The position numbers and the translations under genes were made by a program. This document shows positions 26,762 through 32,000 of a stretch of DNA of 32,000 bases, piece by piece. The notes under the pieces were generated by a model. It was given only the letters and a program-made list of their open reading frames with translations, did no database searches and was not told where the DNA came from. The first letter of the stretch is position 1; every line of letters begins with the position of its first letter. The stretch is from the NCBI RefSeq assembly GCF_900289195.1, contig NZ_OMOH01000002.1:121206-153205 (forward strand), given 5' to 3'. The stretch comes from Propionibacterium ruminifibrarum (GTDB lineage: Bacteria; Actinomycetota; Actinomycetes; Propionibacteriales; Propionibacteriaceae).

Positions 26762-27424
26762 TCAGTCCTTCAACGAGGTGAGGATGTCATCGATGATGCC
26801 GTACTCGACGGCCTCCTCGGCGGTCAGGAACTTGTCCCGCTCGACATCGGCGTTGATCTTCTCCTGGGGCTGCCCGGTGGCGTCGGCGAGCATGGACTCC
26901 ATGAGCTCGCGGATGCGCAGGATCTCGTTGGCCTGGATCTCCAGGTCGCTGGACTGCCCGTAGCTGCCCTCACCGCCCATGGAGGGCTGGTGGATCAGGA
27001 TGCGGCTGTTCGGCAGGGCCAGGCGCTGGCCCTTGGTGCCTGCCGCCAGCAGCACGGCCGCGGCCGAGGCCGCCTGGCCGAGGCAGATGGTCTGCACGGC
27101 GGGCTTGATGTAACGCATCGTGTCATAGATGGCCGTCAACGCGGTGAACGAGCCGCCGGGCGAGTTGATGTAGATCGAGATCGACCGGTCGGCGTCCATC
27201 GACTGCAGGCACAGCAGCTGGGCCATGACCGCATTGGCGATGTCGTCGGTGATCGGCGTGCCGAGGAAGATGATGCGGTCCTCGAACAGCTTGGTGTAGG
27301 GGTCGACGCGGCGCACACCGTAGCTGGTGCGCTCCTCCCACTGGGGGATGTAGTACTCGGCCGTGGGCGAGAGGGCCAGGCCGCCGGGGACCGGTGGCAT
27401 CGCCGGGCTGAAGGTGTCGGTCAT
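26762..27424 (-). CDS. clpP2: ATP-dependent Clp protease proteolytic subunit (ClpP2 position)
   Basis: Catalytic Ser (GQAASAA) and His (LIHQP) are present, in the ClpP fold pattern [14 protein letters not shown] precedes ATG 27424; GTG 27436 is an alternative start. Confidence 0.9.
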   Translation of the reverse strand: MTDTFSPAMPPVPGGLALSPTAEYYIPQWEERTSYGVRRVDPYTKLFEDRIIFLGTPITDDIANAVMAQLLCLQSMDADRSISIYINSPGGSFTALTAIYDTMRYIKPAVQTICLGQAASAAAVLLAAGTKGQRLALPNSRILIHQPSMGGEGSYGQSSDLEIQANEILRIRELMESMLADATGQPQEKINADVERDKFLTAEEAVEYGIIDDILTSLKD

Positions 27425-27432
27425 GGAAGTCC

Positions 27433-28056
27433 TCACTGGTTCGGCGCGTCGTTCATGGAGATCTTCGACGCGCGATCGTAGACGTGATCGATGAAGCCGT
27501 ACTCGAGCGCCTCACTCGCCGTGAACCAGCGGTCGCGATCAGAGTCCTTCGTGATCTGTTCGACGGTCTGGCCGGTGTGCTTGGCGATGAGTTCGGCCAT
27601 CTCGCGCTTGAGGTGGATGCTCTGCTCGGCCTGGATCTTGATGTCGGAGGCGGTACCGCCGATGCCGCCCGAGGGCTGGTGCATGAGGATGCGGGCGTGG
27701 GGCAGCGCGTAACGCTTGCCCGGGGTGCCGCCGGACAGCAGGAACTGGCCCATCGAGGCGGCCAGCCCGATGGCGACCGTGGCCACGTCGTTGCTGATCC
27801 ACTGCATGGTGTCGTAGATGGCCATGCCGGAGTCGATCGAGCCGCCGGGCGAGTTGATGTAGAGGTAGATGTCCTTGTGGGGGTCCTCGGCATTGAGCAG
27901 CAGCATCTGCGCGCAGATCGCGTTGGAGTTCTCGTCCTTCACCTCGGAGCCGAGGAAGACGATGCGATTGGCCAGCAGGGACTGGTACACGTTGTCGCTC
28001 AGGCCGACGCCACCGTTGCTGACTGCCATCGCGGGCAGCGCGGGGTTCTTGACCAT
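27433..28056 (-). CDS. clpP1: ATP-dependent Clp protease proteolytic subunit (ClpP1 position)
   Basis: [19 protein letters not shown], catalytic Ser (GLAASMG) and His (LMHQP). The start is uncertain: ATG 28056, ATG 28029 or TTG 28095. Confidence 0.9.
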   Translation of the reverse strand: MVKNPALPAMAVSNGGVGLSDNVYQSLLANRIVFLGSEVKDENSNAICAQMLLLNAEDPHKDIYLYINSPGGSIDSGMAIYDTMQWISNDVATVAIGLAASMGQFLLSGGTPGKRYALPHARILMHQPSGGIGGTASDIKIQAEQSIHLKREMAELIAKHTGQTVEQITKDSDRDRWFTASEALEYGFIDHVYDRASKISMNDAPNQ

Positions 28057-28208
28057 GTCATTCACACCGTCGAACCTACCTGGAGGCACCGGCAAACCGG
28101 AGTGAGGGCCCTCATGTTTTCACTGCCGGCATGAAAGTTGAGCCGATCCGACTCATGTCTGGCAATGTTCGGACGGGTGCGGTGCAGGGCCTGGGCCGGG
28201 ACCGCCGG

Positions 28209-29306
28209 TCAGTCGCGCTGCTGAGCGGCCCCGTCCGCATCGTGCGGATCCGAGGCGATGAGGGCATTGACCCAGGCGGCACGCGGATCGGTGTCGATGA
28301 TGAGCGCCTTGATGAGCAGGGTCATCGGCAGGGCCAGCAGGGTGCCCAGGGCGCCGAGCACACCGCCCCACACGAGCAGGGAGACGAACGAGACGGTGGG
28401 GGTCACACCGACCGCGTCGCCGGTGAAGCGCGGCTGGATGATCGTCTGGACGACGAAGTTGAGCACGCTGTAGACGATGATGACGACCAGGGCCTGTTTC
28501 CAGCCCAGGGAGACGAGGGCGACCAGGGTCGGGGGGATCAGGCCGACGACGAACCCGATGTTCGGGATGTAGTTGGTCAGGAAACTCAGCAGGCCCCAGA
28601 TGATGACGCCGGGCACGCCCATGACCCGCAGGGCGACGACGTCGAGCACGGCGACGATGAGCCCGAAGACGGTGGTGACGATCCAGTAGGAGCGAACACC
28701 CTGGCTGAAGGAGCGGAAGCCCGCGACGATCCGCGGGTGGGTGGAGGCAGCGATCGACAGCCGCCGGGCGAACCCGGCGGTGTCCATGGCCATGAAGACC
28801 AGGGTGCAGATCAGAACCGACAGGCCCCCGATGAAACCGGTCGACGCGGTGAGCAGTGAGGTGGCCGCGCTGACCAGGGAGTTTGGGTCGATCCTGCCCA
28901 GCACACTGGTCAGGGAGGAGGAGTCCAGGCCGAGCCTTGAGGCGAAGGAGATCACCTGGTCGTACAGGGACGAGAACTGGCCGGCGTAGTGCGGGAGCAT
29001 CCGGATCATCTCGTTGAGGGCCCAGACCAGCCCGGCGACCATCGCCAGGAGCAGGACGAAGACCATCAGGGCGACGACGACCGCGGACAGCGCCGACGGG
29101 CAGCCCTTGCGTACGAGCCAGGTGTGGAGCGGGTAGGCCGTCACCATGAGGTTCAACGCCAGGAAGATCGGGCCGAAGGTGCCCGAGTAGGTCTTCAGCA
29201 TCGTCAGGGCCACCAGGACCAGGACGATGCCCAACCCGATCTGCAGGAACCTCGGCAGTCCGCTCGCCGTGGCCGGGCCCGCGACGGCACCGCCCGCGTC
29301 ACTCAT
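28209..29306 (-). CDS. AI-2E family transporter (PerM/UPF0118)
   Basis: 365 aa polytopic membrane protein with the family C-terminal pattern IPNIGFVVGLIPP...QPRFTGDAVGVTPTVSFVSLLVWGGVLGALGTLLALPMT. SD GAAGGA is present. Confidence 0.85.
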   Translation of the reverse strand: MSDAGGAVAGPATASGLPRFLQIGLGIVLVLVALTMLKTYSGTFGPIFLALNLMVTAYPLHTWLVRKGCPSALSAVVVALMVFVLLLAMVAGLVWALNEMIRMLPHYAGQFSSLYDQVISFASRLGLDSSSLTSVLGRIDPNSLVSAATSLLTASTGFIGGLSVLICTLVFMAMDTAGFARRLSIAASTHPRIVAGFRSFSQGVRSYWIVTTVFGLIVAVLDVVALRVMGVPGVIIWGLLSFLTNYIPNIGFVVGLIPPTLVALVSLGWKQALVVIIVYSVLNFVVQTIIQPRFTGDAVGVTPTVSFVSLLVWGGVLGALGTLLALPMTLLIKALIIDTDPRAAWVNALIASDPHDADGAAQQRD

Positions 29307-29404
29307 GTGCTGATCCTTCCCTTGGCCTGACGAGCGCTCAGCCTAGCAAGACCGGCTCCTGGCCAGCAGGTGATCGTGCGCCGCGTCGCGGCGTTGCCCG
29401 CACG

Positions 29405-29445
29405 TGACGTGCCGGCCGCGCCATCTCGGTGCGGCCGGCACGTCA
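29405..29445 (-). terminator. 15-bp perfect hairpin downstream of tig
   Basis: TGACGTGCCGGCCGC-(11 nt loop)-GCGGCCGGCACGTCA. It starts about 33 nt past the tig stop codon. Confidence 0.65.
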
Positions 29446-29477
29446 TCACGCGTCAGTGTCCGGGTGACAGGCCCCGG

Positions 29478-30911
29478 TCAGGCCTCGCCGTCGGCCCCCT
29501 GTTCGGTCTGCTCAGCCTCAGCCTCGTCCTCCCGGGACTGCTCGGCGTCGGCCTCGCCCGCGGTCTCCGGGGCGAGGGAGCCGTCGTTCTGCAGGCGTGA
29601 GATCTCAACCGTGTCACCGTTGGTGTCGGTGATGACGGCCTCGTCGACGATCATGCCGAGGGCCTTGCCGCGGCGGACCTCGGCCATCCACTCCGGCATG
29701 TGGTTGTGCTCGGTCATGTGCTGGATCTCCTGCTCAGGAGATGTGCCGTTCTGCTGGGCCTTCTGGAAGAGCAGCTGGGTGAACTCCTCCTGGGAGACGC
29801 CGATCTGCCTGTCCTCGGCGAGCTTGTCGAGAACGATCTGCGCGCGCAGCCCCTGCTCGGCCCGCTCGTCGATCTGCTTCCAGAACTCCTCGGCGGTCTC
29901 GGCGTCCTCGTCCTCGGCGTCCGCGAGGTACTGCTCGACGGTCAGACCGGCGGCATTGAGCTGGGCCTCGATCTGCTCGTGGTAGGCCTTGATGTCGTTG
30001 TCGAGGACGGCCTGCGGCAGCTCGAAGCCGAGCTGGTCGGTGACGGCCTCGAGAACCCTGTCACGAGCCGTGTTTGCCTGGTCGAGCCGGCCGATGCGCA
30101 GGAGGTTCTCGCGAACGTCGGCGATCATCTCGTCGACGGTGTCGAACTCGGAGACGAGCTGGGCGAAGTCGTCGTCGAGCTCGGGCAGCTCCTGCTCGTT
30201 GACCTTGGTGACGGTCACCGTGATGTCGGCCTCCTCGTCACGGTGGGGGCCGCCGACGAGCTTGGACGTGAAGGCCTTGCTCTCGCCCGCGGCGAGACCG
30301 ATGAGGGCCTCGTCGAGGCCCTCGACCATGCCCCCGGCGCCGATGCGGTACTGCATGCCGCTGGTCTCGGCGTCCTCGATGGCCTCACCGTTCTGGGTGG
30401 CGGACAGGTCGATGAGGACGACGTCCCCGTCGGCTGCGGCGCGGTCGACGACGGTGAGGGTGCCGAAACGCTGACGCAGCAGTTCGACGCGCTCGTCGAC
30501 GTCGGCGTCGGTGACCTCGACGGGGTCGACCTCGACGCTGATCTGGGAGAAGTCGGGCATGTCGAACTCGGGGCGGACATCGACCTCGGCGGTGATCTCG
30601 GCGACATCGCCGTCCTCGAGCCGGGTCAACTCGATCTCCGGGTTGCCCAGCGGAGCGATCTTGTGCTCTGTCACCGCGTCGGAGTAGGCGTCGGGGATGG
30701 CGTTGTTCACGGCCTCCTGAAGCACGGTACCGCGGCCGAATCGCTGGTCGATCAGGCGCGGCGGCACCTTGCCGCGGCGGAAACCGGGCAGGTTGATCTG
30801 CTGGGCGATCTGCTTGTAGGCCTCGTCGATCCTCGGCTGCAGGTCGGTGAAGGGCAGTTCGATGGTGAGCTTCACCCGGGTCGGATTCAACTGCTCGACG
30901 GTGCTCGGCAC
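29478..30911 (-). CDS. tig: trigger factor
   Basis: N-terminal ribosome-binding motif LPGFRRGKVP, an FKBP-type middle domain and an acidic C-terminal tail. GTG 30911 with SD GGAG 8 nt upstream. Confidence 0.95.
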   Translation of the reverse strand: MPSTVEQLNPTRVKLTIELPFTDLQPRIDEAYKQIAQQINLPGFRRGKVPPRLIDQRFGRGTVLQEAVNNAIPDAYSDAVTEHKIAPLGNPEIELTRLEDGDVAEITAEVDVRPEFDMPDFSQISVEVDPVEVTDADVDERVELLRQRFGTLTVVDRAAADGDVVLIDLSATQNGEAIEDAETSGMQYRIGAGGMVEGLDEALIGLAAGESKAFTSKLVGGPHRDEEADITVTVTKVNEQELPELDDDFAQLVSEFDTVDEMIADVRENLLRIGRLDQANTARDRVLEAVTDQLGFELPQAVLDNDIKAYHEQIEAQLNAAGLTVEQYLADAEDEDAETAEEFWKQIDERAEQGLRAQIVLDKLAEDRQIGVSQEEFTQLLFQKAQQNGTSPEQEIQHMTEHNHMPEWMAEVRRGKALGMIVDEAVITDTNGDTVEISRLQNDGSLAPETAGEADAEQSREDEAEAEQTEQGADGEA

Positions 30912-31089
30912 TAGGGACTCCTGTCCGTGGAACTATGTGCGCGTCTTGACGCAACAAACATGCTGGGAGTGCGCGGGAACGCACACAACGCCAGCCAATC
31001 TTAGCCAGTTGCGTGGGTGAGCACCAAGAAACGGCTGCGCCGCCGACGTGGGATCCGATGTGATCACCGCCGACCGGGCTGCGGCGCGT

Positions 31090-31163
31090 TGGAGCGAACG
31101 ACGGGAATCGAACCCGCGTAGCCAGTTTGGAAGACTGGGGCTCTACCATTGAGCTACGTTCGC
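31090..31163 (-). tRNA. tRNA-Gly (anticodon UCC)
   Basis: Hand-folded cloverleaf. Acceptor GCGAACG/CGTTCGC, D arm GCTC-AATGGTA-GAGC, anticodon stem CCAGT/ACTGG with loop CTTCCAA, T arm GCGGG-TTCGATT-CCCGT. CCA is encoded. 74 nt. Confidence 0.9.
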
Positions 31164-31243
31164 GCGGCCCGAGGGCCATGATCAATGGTAGCCGACCCCG
31201 TGGATCCTTTCATCCCGCTCCAGGCGTCGCGGGGCGCGTCCAG

Positions 31244-31319
31244 TGGTCGGGGTGACCGGACTCGAACCGGCGACTTCCTGCTCCCAAAGCAGGCGCGCTA
31301 CCAACTGCGCCACACCCCG
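31244..31319 (-). tRNA. tRNA-Pro (anticodon UGG)
   Basis: Hand-folded cloverleaf. Acceptor CGGGGTG/CACCCCG, anticodon stem CCTGC/GCAGG with loop TTTGGGA, T arm GCCGG-TTCGAGT-CCGGT. CCA is encoded. 76 nt. Confidence 0.9.
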
Positions 31320-31402
31320 CATGCCCTCGCCGGGCACGCAGAGAAGGGTATCGCACTCAGGGCCTCAGCCCCTCCGCGATGCCGATCGCCCCGGGTGAGC
31401 CG

Positions 31403-31630
31403 TCACCGCCCCGACCCGCGACGCCCCGTGGCCCGGGCCAGCAGGGCGGGCAGCTCGCCGGCAGCCCGAGTGCGGATGGTCTCGCCGGGGCGGCTGATCT
31501 CGCGGGCGCGCAGGGCCCGGTCGTGGTTCACCATGACGGTGATGCCGTCCCGGCCCAGGCCCCTGCGGCGGCCCCCTCCGGGACGGTCGCCCCGGTGGGA
31601 ATCGTGCCCGGTACGACGGATCTCTGCCAT
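31403..31630 (-). CDS. hypothetical small basic protein (75 aa)
   Basis: Of the overlapping ORFs here, only this frame places the GC-richest position (18 of 20 G/C in a 60-nt sample counted by hand) at codon position 3. ATG start. No recognisable motif. Confidence 0.3.
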   Translation of the reverse strand: MAEIRRTGHDSHRGDRPGGGRRRGLGRDGITVMVNHDRALRAREISRPGETIRTRAAGELPALLARATGRRGSGR

Positions 31631-31703
31631 GGCAGCACCCTACCGGCCGCGCTGCCCGCAGGCACCGGCTGCGGCGCCTAGGGTTGAGGGGGTGAGCGCG
31701 AGG

Positions 31704-32000
31704 ATGGCCGGCGCACTGGGCTGGGAGCACCTGCACGTGGAGTGCACCCCGCATGGGGTGCGTGTCACGGATCGTGAGCAGGACAGGTTCGTCGGGTCGG
31801 CGACCGTCTCCATGGGTCCGTCGTGGCATCTCGAGTGCCTCGAGGTCGAGGCCGACGAGGCGACCTGGCGGTGGGCATCGCCCCTGGGACGGGCACGGCT
31901 CCGCCTGACGGCGGACCGGACCATCAGCGCACGGCTGCAGATCACCTCCGACCGGCCCGTCCGCCTCACCGAGACCCCGGTCGTCACCTGGCGCGGCGCC
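31704..32000 (+). CDS. hypothetical protein, 3'-truncated by window end
   Basis: This frame is absent from the ORF track. It stays open from GTG 31692 / ATG 31704 to the window edge (MAGALGWEHLHVECTPHGVRVTDREQDRF...). Its composition is balanced and third-position GC is high. The overlapping antisense ORF 31640-31987 is Arg/Ser-rich and looks like a shadow. Confidence 0.4.
   Translation, partial: MAGALGWEHLHVECTPHGVRVTDREQDRFVGSATVSMGPSWHLECLEVEADEATWRWASPLGRARLRLTADRTISARLQITSDRPVRLTETPVVTWRGA

Noticed and set aside
28096-28208. ClgR-type operator upstream of clpP1
   Set aside because: ClgR regulates actinobacterial clpP operons. I found no convincing CGC-N5-GCG-type palindrome, and TTCGGACGGGTGCGG is a poor match. 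This cannot be confirmed without a PWM scan.
31090-31319. tRNA-Gly/tRNA-Pro pair as an integration hotspot for a genomic island
   Set aside because: There is no integrase gene, no duplicated tRNA 3' half (att-like direct repeat) and no compositional shift on either side within the window.

Overview
This is a high-GC (about 70%) chromosomal segment with Actinomycetota-type gene content and codon bias, possibly Propionibacteriales; the lineage call is inference only. Most of it is conserved housekeeping backbone. On the minus strand: tRNA-Pro, tRNA-Gly, tig, an AI-2E transporter, clpP1, clpP2, clpX, thrC, a phosphofructokinase, folC, and RNase E at the left end. On the plus strand: valS, a DsbA-like oxidoreductase, a mycothiol-type Zn-ADH and a TerC membrane protein. 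I found no transposase, integrase, CRISPR array, phage gene or recognisable defence system. Four regions deserve a second look. (1) An acetoin-dehydrogenase-like cluster at 17.3-22.1 kb has an AcoX/NAD-kinase-like protein, E1 alpha, E1 beta and a 95-aa stand-alone lipoyl domain, but no E2 catalytic domain or E3. It sits next to a GAF plus SARP/OmpR-type winged-helix regulator. Two near-identical 18-bp direct-repeat boxes lie at the same offset upstream of two start codons. (2) The function-unknown radical SAM pair TIGR03960/TIGR03936 lies beside rne, split by an antisense TerC gene and translationally abutted to a CPBP protease with a long Pro-rich repeat tail. (3) The rne upstream region is structured and repeat-bearing. 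(4) The phosphofructokinase has unusual donor-site residues. The many very long ORFs in the track that lie antisense to real genes are GC-driven shadow ORFs.
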